From: Octopus vulgaris
Lineage: Eukaryota
Direction: 5' to 3'
Assembly: GCA_951406725.2 (NCBI GenBank)
Contig: OX597821.1
Location: 56,978,001 to 57,042,000, forward strand
Length of the DNA: 64,000 nucleotides
The notes below the pieces were generated by a model that searched no databases, was not told the origin of the DNA, and saw nothing but the letters and a program-made list of their open reading frames with translations. The position numbers and the translations under genes are program-made. Below, piece after piece: positions 1 through 15,509 of the stretch (the first letter of the stretch is position 1; each line of letters begins with the position of its first letter).

Positions 1-1446
1 GTGTGTGTTTAAACGTTGTTACAACCGTCTCCTTCAATCTAGAGTAACAAAAGTTGGCAGGTCAGTTTATTAGATGTGTAGTAATGATATACTAAAATCA
101 CAATAATCTAGAACAGTTATAAATGCCTCTCCTAAGAGCTTCTGGAAATGGCCTCGTATATAGCATTTAGAGAAATGGTCGAATACATATGAACTATCAA
201 CACATGAGTCAAGAGTGTATTACCTGCATTTGCTGTATATACGTACTCCAGTATTTATTTGTCGGTGGAGCGTACATAATTGTCGACAACAACAGTGCCT
301 AGAGATAATTATTAAATTTATGAAGCTCTGAGGTGGAGAGAGACATTATCCTTAAAGAAAAGCAGATGACAAAGACAAGAGAGTGCCTTTTCCGTCGCTC
401 TTACTCCCCGGGCCAATACAATACATTGCGTTAACATATCATGCTGAATAAGCGTCTTCTATAAAAGTAATTATCATCATGACAAATGTTTTCAGGTTGA
501 CTGCTCTTCGCACGTAATTCCACCCATTTAAGATGTTCAAATGACCGATCTCTAAAGAACTAGATATTTTTCATCCTTTCACTCTTTTAGCGTCTTGCTC
601 AAGATCAATTAGCATTATAATATTACTGTAATTCGTTCAACAACTTCATATATGACTTGTATCCCGTCACATTTTGATTGATTTTCAATCTTTTAACAAG
701 GTCTCAGCCTCATGAGAGAGGTGAAATTTATGTTATAACATTCGAAGCATTAGCCCTGTTAGAGATGTGAAATGGCTAAAATTAAGTATTGAAACAGATT
801 TAAAGCAAAAACTGCAGTGTTTATGACCTTTGTTGAAATTTGTAGAGTATTCATTTTAGTTGGATATATTAATGTAACATGCTAAGATTATTCACAAAGT
901 TCAATGAACCTTCTCGTTTTCGGATAATGATTAATATGTCAATTATTTTTGTTTTGTAAATGTCTTAATGTAGACCGCATTAGAAAGAAGCTTATTAAAT
1001 TCACTATCATTTGATAAAATCTGATATCTTATAGATGCATGTGGTAACAAAGTATTAATAATAGAAGACACATAATTTGTCTGCTTAATATAATTTGTCT
1101 TCGTCTAACGTTACAAACATTCCCTGCAAATATTCTCTTGAGATTCATTCGTCACCAATTTGATTCTTATACATTCATCTCTTCATTTAGCAGCATTCTT
1201 CAAGTAGCATTTATTATATTACCGAAAAGCAATATATGAACAACAAATATATATTGCTAATGTTATAAAAAGTGTGTTTTGATTTCATAAAATTGCTGCC
1301 GTATGTGTGTGTGTGTGTCATAATCAAGCAGGAAATACAACAGTTTATTGTAATACTTAGTACAACAGTTGTCAAATAGTTGTCCTTAGTATAAATTATT
1401 CGTGAATGTAATTTCAAAACATTATTTTCTCAACGGTGAACATCAA

Positions 1447-1577
1447 AAATCTCCGCCGAGGTCGACTTTACCTTTCATTGTTTTCTGGATCGATAAAATG
1501 AGTACCAGTTGAGCACTGGGGTCGATGAAATCGATTTATCCGCTCCCTCTAACTTGCTGGCTTTGTGCAAAAATTTG

Positions 1578-1580
<3 letters not shown>
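1447..1580 (+). mobile_element. SINE family B, partial copy
   Basis: ccgccgaggtcgacttt...gtaccagtt...gcactggggtcgat core, shared with copies at 10.3, 22.7, 25.8, 46.7-47.3 and 49.8-50.2 kb. Confidence 0.75.
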
Positions 1581-1612
<32 letters not shown>

Positions 1613-1646
1613 GTCATCATCATCATCATTATCATCAACATCATCA

Positions 1647-1691
<45 letters not shown>

Positions 1692-1693
<2 letters not shown>

Positions 1694-2230
1694 GAGTGAG
1701 AGCGCAGCGCATGCCATCAAAGTGATTCTAGGATAAAATATACGAAGCCCGGTATACCCAACATGACTACCAGTCTGATAAGGGTATCCCAGGCACACAT
1801 GTCGCAACCATATGTCAGCGACATAGTGAATCTCATATCAAGACAAATAGTGTATGACCATGCAGGTGGGACCCAGTTAGAATTTTCCTTAATTCGAAAA
1901 GCCTATCCCACTCGAAGGTCCTTGAATAAGGTATTTTTTAACGATGATGAACGAAACATCTATGCTTCTAGAGGCGAATTATTCAAACCCCAAATAATCC
2001 CTCTCAACACATGGCTATGATGCTTCCCCACTACTTCTGCTCGCAGAGATACACATATCATCGGCCACTAACAGACATGCTCAACTAGTTATGGTGAAGC
2101 AACTGACTCGCAAATCTGTGGTATTGAGCAGAATATTTGCTGTAGCCCTTTTTTTTTTTATTTTTTACTATGTCAAAACATGTATTGCACATAACATTTC
2201 TAATCAGTTAAGATCAAAAGTCATGAGAAC
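1692..2230. mobile_element. Interspersed repeat between (ATT)n tracts, probably the 3' region of a non-LTR element
   Basis: Related sequence recurs at about 58290-58600 and 59940-60150 (e.g. gacatgctcaact, gagcagaatatttgctgt). Confidence 0.55.
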
Positions 2231-2398
2231 CACTGCTTGGTACTGCATCAGGGCATAGCCATTGCCTGGTACTGCATCAGGGCATGGTCACTGCTTGGTA
2301 CTGCATTAGGACAAAGCCATTGCCTGGTAATGCATCTGGGAATAGCCATTGCCTGGTACTGCATCAGAGCATGGTCACTGCCTGGAGCTGCATCACAG

Positions 2399-2400
<2 letters not shown>
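2231..2400. repeat. 29-bp minisatellite, about 6 units
   Basis: Unit ca(c/t)tgc(c/t)tggtactgcatcagggcat(agc/ggt). Confidence 0.85.
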
Positions 2401-2460
<60 letters not shown>

Positions 2461-2543
2461 GTTTGACTTTTGCTTTATGTTTGTACAAGTTGGCTCCAAG
2501 TCTCACCCAGAGACCTCAAGAGACAACAGGTTGGAAGTTCACG

Positions 2544-2606
<63 letters not shown>

Positions 2607-2689
2607 GCAAATGATGCTGGCTGAGTTATGCGTGAGACTATAACCTATCTTTATTACTCTACTATTGATAAGTTTCTGGAATGAACATT

Positions 2690-2915
2690 CCACAGATACG
2701 CGTACCCTTAACCTAGTTCCCATTGAGATTCAGTATGGTGCACGGTATTACAATGCTGGTTGTTTGAATTACAGGTAGAAATCATTTTTGTCAGCTAAGA
2801 GTACTGGAGCAACGTGAAATAAAGTGTATTTCTCAAGGACGCAAGACGCCGCAAGGTATCGAACTCACGACCTAACGATCACGAGCCGAATAGCTTAATC
2901 ACTAAGCCACTAGCC
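2690..2915 (-). mobile_element. tRNA-derived SINE family D
   Basis: Minus strand reads tggcttagtg (A-box-like) and gagttcgatacc (B-box-like), then cactttatttcacgttgctccagt; relatives at 30.7, 56.2 and 61.1 kb. Confidence 0.7.
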
Positions 2916-3340
2916 TTCACAATCTACACGAAGACAGATAGATAAATAGCTAGAGTGAGAGAGAGAACGTACCTCAACATCACTTAAGAAAAAAGCCGAT
3001 AGAGAACAGGCACCGAATTTAATAATTCCCTTATCATTATGTTCGTTGACGACGCATATAATGAAGAGGCAGAATGTACGTACATGCAGAGAAAGTTGAA
3101 ATGTATTCCTATTAAACATGCGCATATAAATAAATTGACAAACTTTTTCCCCCATTTGAAGGCTGAAAGATATTAGTTTAACGTTATATCTCTTCATGCT
3201 CAGATTCAATATGTCTTTTATGCTTAGGAGGTTGACAAATTAAGAATCAGACCAGTATGGCTGGATTCCAGTGACAGAATGCGCTCGCTCACAAGCACAC
3301 AACACACACACACGCACAAACACACAACACACGCACAAAC

Positions 3341-3375
<35 letters not shown>

Positions 3376-3434
3376 CACAGAGCTTATATCTGTGAATGTC
3401 TGGTTCTCTTACATGTTACTTTGTGTGCAAGTTA

Positions 3435-3903
<469 letters not shown>

Positions 3904-6604
3904 AAACCTAATTACAGGAAAAAGTATATAGAATAAACGGAATGGGAGGAATGATGCAAGTAATTTTATACATATCATGATGAAGTGCAATGAGATATCA
4001 ACTGTGACATATGCCGTATTATCAATTGATTTTGACGTAGTTTTAATTCTCAAATACTGTAATACTATCAATCATTAGTCTGTTCAGTAGCTATTACCCT
4101 ATTCATCTAAATGATAGATAATCTAGCATCAGATATTGCTTTTGCCTCTTTGGGTTTTTTTTTCTCCATCACTTTCGCTCTCTTATGTCGCACGCAAAAG
4201 TATTTGGGCACACACACTAATACACTTGCATATACATACATATCTATATTTAAATATACACAGATGCTTATAAGCAGTTGCCCATGCAGATTTTCACTTT
4301 TGTACATGCACAAATTCACACACATAAATATACATATATGTGCACATATATATGTTTATGTGTGCATATGTATGATTATTTCAAAGGAAACAAAAAAGGA
4401 AAAAACGGATAATTCGATATTGAGTAGAAACTGAAAGTAGAATGTAGAAAGCAGTGCCTTTATTGAAGCTGAAACCTCTAGAAATCGTTACTTCGATTTT
4501 TTTTTCTTTTTCGATATTCAGAGGATAATGAAAGCAGAAAGTGAAATAGTAGAGGGGGACATGTAAACATACAAGGCCCTATCTTTTTTTTTTTTCAGAC
4601 TCGTTTCCCAAGCACCTGTCAAATTTATCTTGACGGATGATATCTAAGGGGTGTTTTTGACCGTATTAGAACTTATTTACAAATATATTCGACATATACT
4701 ATATACTGTTTAACTGCCTCGGGATGTCGAGTTATAGTATACCTTCTCATCTACTTTTGTCAGTAAGTGTCCGTGTGTGAAAGCGCATCTACTTGCAGTA
4801 CGTCTAAACAATAGTCATTTACTAGATTTGCTCATATTCATTACACTTTATTCTGAGTCATACTGTCAGGTTTTATGTCAATTATTCTTAACAGACCATT
4901 ACGTAACTTCGCTTGTTTCCTGATATACCTCCTCAGAGATCAATACTATCAATCACAGTCCGTTTTCAGAAACAAGAGAGTCACATGCTTGGATTACAAT
5001 GACCCCGCAACACATTTCACGCCTGATAATTTTATATTTTATGTTATCTATTTATAGATTTGTTGGTTAGAATATAAAATTATTTCTTTACTTAAAATGT
5101 ATGGTGTTTGATGTAAATTGTTTGGCGAGTTCCGTTGAACTACTGTTATAGTGCCTGGCATCATACCTATACCCACTGAAGCTTTTATTTAATTGTTCTG
5201 TGGTATAGCCAACAAGCTGTGTTCAGTGCAGTCCGCCGCACCAAATGTTTCTATTTACAGCGACAGATAAAACTGTTTTATAAAGGAAAAATATTTTTTC
5301 CTTTAGCGATTATGAGACGAAGTCGAAGCTTCATATTATCCTGAGTAGACTCTAAGACAAATGGTAATATCGCCAGTCAGACCATCTGTCGTCTTCTAAT
5401 CTGCTTTCTCCTTTCTGGTCTTCAGAAACCTAATTTCACAATGTTGATGTTAAGGCAGTTTGTTACATATCCTAGTGTGCCAATAATTACGGGTAAAAAC
5501 CTGGTCTTGCAATCCGAGTGGAGTAGCTGTAAATTACCTAACAGGCGTTTTCTTTTTCACTAAAATGTGTCTTGTGCCATGTTGTTTTTCTGCTATTTAA
5601 CTGTGTTGCTGTAGTTGTCGTGACCAGCCATATTACTTGTAGCCAACCTCTGCATGGTAAAATCAGGTTTGAGAAGAAAATTGAATAAAAGCCTCCTTCC
5701 ATCAATTCATCTGAAGTTCAACTTGTTATCTAATAGGGTTGATAGCTGTGACTCCAAAGTGGGAGATAATATTTATCGTATTTTCAATGATTAGTCACCT
5801 ATACCAAACATACGACTTGCCACATCGATCGGTAAGTACGTGTATATGCATGTATTTATAAACGTATGTATGTGTGTCCGTGTGTCTGTGTGTGTGAAAT
5901 TACAGAATTTATTTCGATCAAACACTCTCACAGGGCAAGGTAGGGAACAAACCCCTATTTCTAAAAGTTAGTACATTATTGTTTTGTATCTTTACGAAAA
6001 CATTCACCCTTTAAATTTCCACATCTTGAAGATGTGCAGCGTTGTTCCAAATAACATAGTCATTTGATATGGCTTAGGCTTGAGTGAAACAAACTAAAGA
6101 GCTGAAAAGAATTAATGTGTCTGTAGCGTATGAAGTATGCAAGAACTCTTTGTCTCCAATAATTTAAGGCTCTCCGCTTGTTGATCCACTTGGTATATAA
6201 CTTATCGTTTCAGTAATAATGCATTTAAAGCCGAATGCGTATATTGTTTAGTCAATTCGCAAACACATCAGCAATCTACCATAGATGTCTTCTTTCACAA
6301 AATATTTTTCAAGCAAGTATATGTAGTTGAGTTCCACAACAGAGCTGGTTTTGGAGTCAAAAACAATATGAGGGCTACTTTTATCTTAAAGCTCTAGCGA
6401 TGTTGTTATTATCTAATATTCAGCTTTATTACTTTTCCATGCTTATTTTATTCTAGTTTGCTGTCTTCGATATCAAGCCTACAATACGCGCATGCGTGCG
6501 TGTCTGCGCGCCTACGCACGTGTGTGTGTGTATAAATAGGGTCAACGCGTTTTGCACCATTGCAAGTTTTGCATTCATACAAGCTCTTGCATATTCTATT
6601 TCAG

Positions 6605-6674
6605 TTGCTGGAATACTCATTTGGACCGAAGAATATTTTGGATTATTCGGGCTCCGTGTGTTATATCAGTTGGG
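6605..6674 (+). CDS. Class B1 (secretin/PTH-receptor-like) GPCR, internal exon encoding ECL2 and start of TM5
   Basis: ctatttcag|T TGC TGG...GTT GGG|gtgagt; 70 bp; translates CWNTHLDRRIFWIIRAPCVISVG, matching the family CW...WIIxxP motif. Confidence 0.9.
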
Positions 6675-7036
6675 GTGAGTCTCTTAACAGTTTATTTTCA
6701 AAACTTATTCTTATAAATTATTTTGAAAAATTAAGAAATATAAATACAAAATGTACGAACAATGTTGCAAACAACTGAAACTGTTGGGTTTGTATTCGAT
6801 TATCTTATTTAAATTCGACACATTGAGAAGAAAAAATAAGGAATGAGTTTGAAAAGTAGAAAAATACTAAACCTGTGTTCGGTCCATAAAAGAAAGGGAT
6901 TTGTCAACAATTTGGCCAGTTACATTTCTTTTGTTTTGTTTGGGTTCTAACAGTGAGATTTAAGGAGAGTATCTGTGGTCAAGCCGTAAATATTCGGAAA
7001 AAAAACACTCATTAGGGTTCTTATATTATATACGTA

Positions 7037-7158
7037 GGCACAGGCGGAGCTGTGTGGTAAGAAGCATGCTTCCCAACGGCTATAGCCTCGGGCCGACAAA
7101 AGCTTTGTGAATGGATTTGGTAGACGGAAACGGAAAGAAGCCCGTCGTATATATATAA

Positions 7159-7221
<63 letters not shown>

Positions 7222-7415
7222 TGTCTGTGTTTGTCCCCCATCATCGCTTGACAACCAATGTTGTTATTTATGTCCCCGTAACTTAGCAGTTCGGCAAAAA
7301 AGAAAGATAGAATAAGTACCAAGCTTACAAAGAATAAATCCTGGGGTCGAATTCTTCGACTAAAAGGGCGATGTTCCAGCATGGCCGCAGTCAAACGACT
7401 AAAACAAATAAAAGA
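7037..7415 (+). mobile_element. tRNA-derived SINE family A with internal (TA)/(GT) microsatellite, internally deleted
   Basis: Matches the full copy at 48072-48528 (gctgtgtggtaag...ggatttggtagacggaaac...catggccgcagtcaaa). Confidence 0.85.
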
Positions 7416-9012
7416 CTTGTATTATTTATAATATAATTTATATTGTATATAATTTTGAAGTAGTAATAGAAAAAGAAAACAGATTATGACAGTATGCATT
7501 AAAGAAATATGTACTTAATAGCTATGGACTTCATGACAGTATGCCGAGGAAGTACAGAGGAATCTGATGTTTAGCTGAAACAAAATTAATTTTTCAACAG
7601 ATGAAAAGTCAAGCCACTCTCCCCACCACCACCACCGCCGCCACAGTATACAAACTCGTGAACTCTACAATATAAATTTAACCAATGCAGACCGCTACTA
7701 GTTTCCTCGTACTGTTTTCTTCTCTCCGAATTAAGTTACATGAGTGTATGCAACATCAAGTCTACGAAAAAATTTTTTTTAGAGAGAATAGAATGGCTTC
7801 AGTGTCCGAGATCAATAAATTTGTGACAGAAAATTAGTTTAAACGAATCATGTGTTTCGCTTAAACTAGTAGACCGGTACCGACCCAAGGCAAGGGCTTT
7901 TTTGCTTAGCTGCAGAATTTTAGTACATTAGCTGCTCGTAGTCGAAACACAACAAATCATTTAGTCAAATAGCTCTGAATTATTTTTAGGTAGCAGTGAA
8001 TTGTGTTCCCTTTAACTTAGTAACCATCTTGATTATTTCCGATGGAAATGTAATTCTATGTGAAGTATCGGCCTATACATTTTGTATTCCTCCCGCTTCT
8101 GCCGCTACCATGTGCGCCGTTGTTTTTCTTGACTGTTTCTATGTAGATATTACACATAAGTACGCATACATAGATTCATTTTCTTTCATTTTAGCTTCAG
8201 AGGGAATATTTTATTTAGAATTAGAATCAAGAGCTAGTGAGGAAGAATTAAGTTCATTTAAAGATTAACAAGAAATTTTCCTCATATAAACACATTTCTG
8301 AATCTTTCATGGTCATATCTTAATTTCTCCAATATAAGTATTTTAGATCCATGAATATGAGTATCATTTCTTCTCATACACATTTTCCGATTTTATATAT
8401 GGTTAAATATCTTACAGATAACATATATCACCGAGTTTTATGGAATGGAGAAGCTTGAAGATACTGCTTACTTGTATTTCATTTAGAACAGTAGATTTAC
8501 CATTATTGAAGTCATATGTTGAACAGTAATTTTTTATCTGGATAACATTATTAAAACACTACATATCCTTTGCTCACTTAACTGTTAAAGATTTTGTTGT
8601 TAGCAGGCAATCGTCTTTAATTTCTTTAGTCACCAAATGGGTGTTCAGAATCAGTGAGGTATAGGACTAAAAGATAGCTTCTTCGAGAATATATTTTCGA
8701 AAAATCTTTTCAGACTAACAAGTCTCATGATACTTTTAGAAGACTAATATAGAAACATTAGATCAAGAGAACTACTGTTACATTGTTTTATAAGCATATG
8801 GTGAGATACTTCGTTTGGAAGAGCGTTACAAAATATAATAGAAATCGAAAGCTTTGAAACTACATTTAACGACGTAACTTTCTTAAGTTTTATAAGGAAT
8901 GCTCCGTCGTAGCAAAAGCACAAAAATTATGTAAATTTAAAAAATTCTAAGTGAACACCACAAATCATTCACTCAGGGAGTTGTAAAGTGTATTGTAGAT
9001 ATAAGCGAATCC

Positions 9013-9139
<127 letters not shown>

Positions 9140-9469
9140 TTACTTTATCTTCCCGAGTCATCATCTTGGAATTGTCGATTGAAATGCAACTCATTTTATA
9201 TGTCAATGTGGAGCCGTAAAGTCTGGCGAGAAATAACTTTTACGTTGAAGATATTCTAGCGCAAAAATAAAACAGTACAAGAATGCTTGGTGATAAGAAG
9301 TTCAACAAGAACGATGTTGATATTGTAATCAATTATGAATAAATTTACCAATAATTCTGTTTCTGTATGAGTTCCTATTTTTAGTGTCAAGTAAAAGAAA
9401 GTAATTTTAGTAAAGGAAATATAATTTCGTTTTTGCTTTTCAGAAGTGAATGATAATAATAATAACACC

Positions 9470-9520
<51 letters not shown>

Positions 9521-10317
9521 CTCTTTCCATAGTCTCCTTCAATAAAATCTATTTTCCAACAATGCAGTGCAATGAGAAAATTGATTCAAGTTGTCTATAG
9601 ACGCTGTCTGGAACTAAATATAATGCATTGAAGAAAAAGCTTAATATTTAGAGGTTTTCTCACCACCTGGGTGTGCTTCCATGGATTGGTCGGTCGATCT
9701 CCCATAATATTAAGAAGTTCAGCAAAGTAACATCATGTGTCTGTATAGAAGTGGTTTGCATGATCCTGACCTATGTATATCCACACCAGATATCCATACA
9801 AATATATCCATAAAATATTCCTACAATACGCACACATATCTTTCCAATGACATTCGTGCTTGCTATAAAGATGACTGCCATACAGTCTTTTTGGGTCGGA
9901 TGATTTTCCCACAAGGTGTTTCATAATTTATTAGAAATGTTTACTGGTAACCATCCTAGCTTCTTTTTACATCAATAATTATCAATTTTGTATCATGGGA
10001 TATATTCTGCAGAATTGAGATGTTATCTTATGATATTTATGTAGATATGCGAAACCCAGAGAAATCATTTACTATTCGAATGATAGTCTTTCAAGGGGTG
10101 AAGTGTACACAAAAGCAATATAGTTATGGAAGGTTGGAGATTTTCCAAGTGATGTAGATCCTATCCCTCTCCTTCGGTGCAAGCAGCCTGTGACCCACTT
10201 GGCAGCTTTGGGAATGTTGAAATGATTAGTGTGCAGGAATTTCCTCAGATGATGTTGATGGTGGCCTACTTATCTATTTCAAAAATGACCGAATCTTGAC
10301 CATTTCGTTGACTTTCT

Positions 10318-10500
10318 GCGAAATGTTCAGCGGTAAATATTTTTGTCTTTAGGTTCTGAGTTCAAATTCCATCGAGGTCGACTTTACCTCTCATCCTTTC
10401 AGGGTCTATAAATTAAGTACCACTTGCGTACTGGGGTCGATCTAATCGAGTGGCCCTCTCCCAAAAAATTTCGGGCCTTGTGCCTTGAGTAGAAAAGAAT
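10318..10500 (+). mobile_element. SINE family B
   Basis: gttctgagttcaaattcc...gaggtcgacttt...ctggggtcgat core. Confidence 0.8.
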
Positions 10501-13500
10501 ATGTCTGTGAGTGCGCAGTAGTCGGAGGGTCTGACAGATGTTGATAATTTGGTAAAGGCTTGGTTTAGAAGTGAGAAAGGTTGAAGAGATATTTGAGGTG
10601 TCTGTACCCACTTATATGGAGACGGTGATGATACTAAGTTTTACGGACAGTACGGAAAGATCAAATGTTTAGCTTCCCTGGAGAAGTCCGGACGATGTCA
10701 AGGACACAAATGCCAATGACTGTAGAGAGAGATTTCGCAAGTCGTTGATCTGAAACGACTGTTGGTGGACCGACCAACCCAAAGTTAGACTTGTAATAAA
10801 ACTCATCTTCTATGGTTTTTCTTTCTTCGTGTTGCCCATAAAATCTTAGGCTCGCATCTCTTTGAATAATAACATATTCTCGATCATTTCCAAGACGATC
10901 AAATAGAAGAAAAGATAGAATCTGAGCCATAGTAACTGAAAGTCTTTTTGCTTATGCCGACCTCTGAGAGATAAAATAGATGAGTTAATTAGTATTCAAA
11001 GATTAAATTAACCCTTATAATAGGTGCTAATATGCGTCTTGTGTACAAATAATAGGCAGTGTGCGGGAGCAATTGTGGACCAAATTTTAAGAAAGTATAA
11101 GGATAAATAGCCAACAAGTTACTGAGGGAGAAGAGGAAACTACGGTTTATAAATTTTATAAATTGTTCTAACTCATGCCGTACGTTGATATCTGTAAGTA
11201 GTCTACTTGATGTTAATAGCTGATTTTGGACCTCTCGTCATTATTTATTCGTTGAGACACGAATAATAAACTGCAAGAGAAGAGAGTAGTTGATTTTGCG
11301 CTAACTTGTAGGGCAACCTCTACAGACGTTAACAAAGATTTTATTCGTTGTAATGGAAAGTAATATTGTCCACATTAGTTAAGGTTCCTGCGTCACACTT
11401 AAATAATCTTATATCCAAGAACATTTCCAGCATGAAAATACAGATGGCAATATTAGTGGGAAAAGAGCTACAAAACAACTGCAGTTCCTTAAAAGACAAA
11501 TTAGACAGCCATTTAGAAGTAAATATGCGATACTGAGGTGAATAGAAAACTAGTAATAGCGTGAAGTGCTGATACTTGGCTGAGTCTAATAAAGACAGGA
11601 GATGACAATATGAAATGAGGTGAGGAAATGTGTCTGTCGAAATTATTTGACTTTTTTTTATAGAATTAATTCCGATGTTCTACTGCATTTGTGGCATGTA
11701 AAGAAAGAACCTTCGAATTTCTTGGTTCTTTGTTATTTGTTTATAAAAATTTGATGCTAATTTTGTTAGAGGTTAAGAAAATGGAAGAGTTTCAATTTTC
11801 TGTTTGACCATATATTGATTATTCAGAGGAACCCTGCTGAAATAAAATCACCTTGAAATGACTTCCTTTGTGAGTCAGAAGTTTAGAAACAATATTCTGA
11901 ATAAAAATTTTAAATAGAAAAATATCAATGAAATCCTACAAGCTTTTTTTTACCAAAAATTGCAATTAATCAAACATCGATAGCATAACCACGTCTCTGC
12001 GCAAAATCAAATTCAATCCTTGCAGTTGTCAAAAGTATATCATCTCATTTTTCAAATTTTAAATAGTTTATCTAATTTTCCTTTCCAATATTAAACAAGA
12101 GTCACATTTTTCTTTCGGTGACTAAGACGGATTAGTCCCAAATGGAAAGTCTTTGTCCATAGATCCCCTAGGTTGAAGCTGAAATCAATGTTTTGCCTTC
12201 CTTTTTAGGCCACAAATGACAATTCTTATACCAGTATCGCAATCTAATCAAGAAAATTCAATCATAAATTCCATATAATTTTGTACATTAAAGGAAAGTA
12301 CGTTTTCTTTCCTTGAACCAAACAATGTCAATGGTAAGTAATTTGATAAAAGAACAAGAATTGTTATTCTTATACTCCAAATATGTAAAATTATTCCAGA
12401 AGCAAGAAATAGATTGTTAACACTATTAATTTTTCTCTCTTTAAAGAACTTTTAGCATTCGCACGCAATAAGATACACATTTTCTGTCTCAATGACATTA
12501 ATGAAATCCTTGATGGAAACAAATGATATGCAATTACATTAAAGTTCAATGAACACAATCCCTAATACGAGGAATATAATGCAATTTCCTTATTGTTTTC
12601 ATGTACCTCAGATAAATAAAATCCTTTATCAACGCATGCGATTTATTTTATGACATTCATTATATTCGTACGCTATTAACTTTTATTTCAATAAGGTTTT
12701 ACTTGTTGAAGTTTATGTGAAATATAAAACTTGACATTTAAATTTAATAGCAAAAGCGAATGAACATTCTCTGTCAGAAAATATTATATCAGCTTTTATC
12801 TTCGAATATAAAAGAGGATTTCGAACATGAAGGATGAAAACGGTTGCAGAAAATCAAGCGTGTGTCATAGCTTAGCAATTTCATATAAATTTATTGAAAA
12901 CAATATCAAATTCAGTTAACAAAACTCGAGTTTCATCGAATTTTTTTCAAAAGAAATTCATGGAATTTCAATTACTGCTATGCAAAAATCCGGAGTAGGC
13001 CTATCATACACACGCAAATAATGGGGAAACATTCATAAAAACGTAGAGCACATAAGGTTTTGCTTTATTTTCGTTTGGCCGTTGTTTTCATTTCAAATCT
13101 TTCCATGGAATTACTTTATTCAATAACTAAAATAAGACTTAGTCACATAATAATTCCAACCTGGAATTATTTAATAATTTATACATGCTACTCACGTATG
13201 TATGTATGTATGTATGTATGTATGTATGTATGTATGTATGTATGTATGTATGTATGTATGTATGTATCGAACGAGAGAGTCTCGGATAACTGGTAAGTAT
13301 ATAAGGTAAAGTAATCATCTATGATATGTATATCTAATAAACTAGACTTCCGAAATCGATGAAATAAGTACCAGAAGATATATAAAAGTTTTAATTAATT
13401 TTTTTTTCACCACACAAGATTTATATTTTGCTAATTAGATATAATTGCCTTTGAAACATACAAGGAAATAAACATTTCTTTCATTTAAAGAAGACAATTT

Positions 13501-14260
13501 ATTTCTAGAGAGAATTATAATAGCCTTAAATTAGCCCCCGAATCAATCCAGAGGAAAATCAAGCAAATTAAAATATATTGATATCTATGAATAAACAATT
13601 CATGACAAATGAATTTATCCGTTACTGCGCTTTATATTCCATAAATATTTAAACATCAAGCTATGTATTGATGATTGCATTACGATAAGGCAGTAAATTC
13701 AGTGCGGTACTGCCATGAACGGTCTCTTCCTTTTTAAACCAACTACTACTTTTGTTCGTAAACATGTAAACTCTGATCAAAGACCAGTGGATAAAGGCGT
13801 TTCAGACACGACCACCCCCTTCTTTTCCTTTTCTTTTTAGATAATTTGATATAGCAGTACCTGGTATATCCTTCCCTTTTTAAATACGTTAAGATGCGAT
13901 ATAGGTGGATGGGGAGTGGGGGGATCTGGCTTCTATTTCTAACAAGCGAGCAACATCGTAAAGGGATTTCGCTCGTTGACTCAAAATGTATAAAGCTCGA
14001 TGTTATATGCCGAAGAGAGAGTAAAGCTGAAATTTCAGGAAACATAGTCATCAAAGAATAAATTTTACTGAAATATTTTCTTCTCATTATACCTCATATA
14101 TGGATGGTTTTTTTTGGGGGGGGGGGGGTTAAGGTTTTTTTTAAACAGTTGGTTGTTACCAATACAGATCATTTCAAACAATGGATGGATGGATGGATAG
14201 ATGGATCGATCGATCGATCGATCGACCGATCTACAGATATATCAGCAGATACGCAGATAG

Positions 14261-14451
14261 AAATATATTAACAGTTATATATAAGTAAATTTGTATCTGA
14301 AGTGAAATGACATGAAAATAACATCAATTGGTAAATAACGTAAACATATGCCACCACCAAGGCCCAGTCAACATTATTTACCAATTGATGTTATTTTCGT
14401 GTCATTTCACTTCAGATAAAAATTTACTTATATATAACTATTAATATATTT
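14261..14451. repeat. Fold-back inverted repeat, about 81-bp arms and 29-bp spacer
   Basis: 14261-14341 is the reverse complement of 14371-14451 with few mismatches. Confidence 0.9.
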
Positions 14452-14523
14452 TTATATATATATTTCGTTTTTGAATTTGGTTTGCAAGATTCTTTATGTG
14501 AGTTCGTAAGTTGAAGCATATAA

Positions 14524-15080
14524 TGTTGTGTCTGGGGAGAGTCATTCTCTTTTAGTGCCTTATAATTTAACACACTCACCGGTAAAATATCCACTCATTT
14601 ACTTATTTATTTTTCTAAAATTTTCATTGCGTCTTACAACCTTTTCAATAGTTTTGACTGTGTCCGTTAGTCACACTGCATTCCTTTTTGTTTGTTTGTG
14701 CGCATGTGTGGGGTTAGTGTGTGTGTGTGTGTGTGTGTGTGTTCCTACACATGCATGTATATATATATATGTATGTAAGTATGTATGCATGTATGTGTGT
14801 GTGCATATGTATATATGTATGTGTGTATATTTGTATGTATGTATTCTGAATATTCATGTGCTTGCGTGTCCGTGTTTGCATGTTTTTATGTATGTGTGTG
14901 TGTGTTTGTATATGTGTGTGAACCTCTGTCACCTTGTGTGTGCATATATGGTCATGTGTTTCAGTCTTCATTTGTGTATGTGTGCGCATGTGTGCTTCTC
15001 TGTTCATATATCCTATGTACCTATCTGTCTGTATGTTAATCTGTTTGCTTTCATATCCATATGCTTATATACATGTGGAT

Positions 15081-15129
<49 letters not shown>

Positions 15130-15473
15130 GGACATGCATAGGGGAGACATCTAGGAGCATTGTGAAATGACTAAATGAACATTTGAGACAATATGACGAC
15201 ATAAAACAGTCCTCCATACTTTACCAACATATCAAAGACCAACATGAGGGCAACCTGGGTCAGCTTGACATCCGCATCTTATCCAAGCACCCAAAAGGCC
15301 CAACACTCAGACAAATACAGGAGTACGTCCTCATAAATGAAACTTCCCCAATACTAAATAGGAAATATACATAGTAGATGTCATACCCCCATACCCACAG
15401 TTTACACAGGTAGAGTAGAATAGTTAGTGAGCTGTTATGTAGATAGATGTGTGTATGTATGTGTGTGTGGGTG

Positions 15474-15509
<36 letters not shown>

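Noticed and set aside
2231-2400. Regular 29-bp repeats resembling a CRISPR array
   Set aside because: Contiguous units without unique spacers, eukaryotic context, no cas genes
5737-5831. AG...GTAAGT-bounded segment as the missing TM4 exon
   Set aside because: No frame resembles class B TM4 (GxP...W)
9520-10960. Possible decayed retroelement coding sequence next to (AAT)n
   Set aside because: No diagnostic motif could be read with confidence
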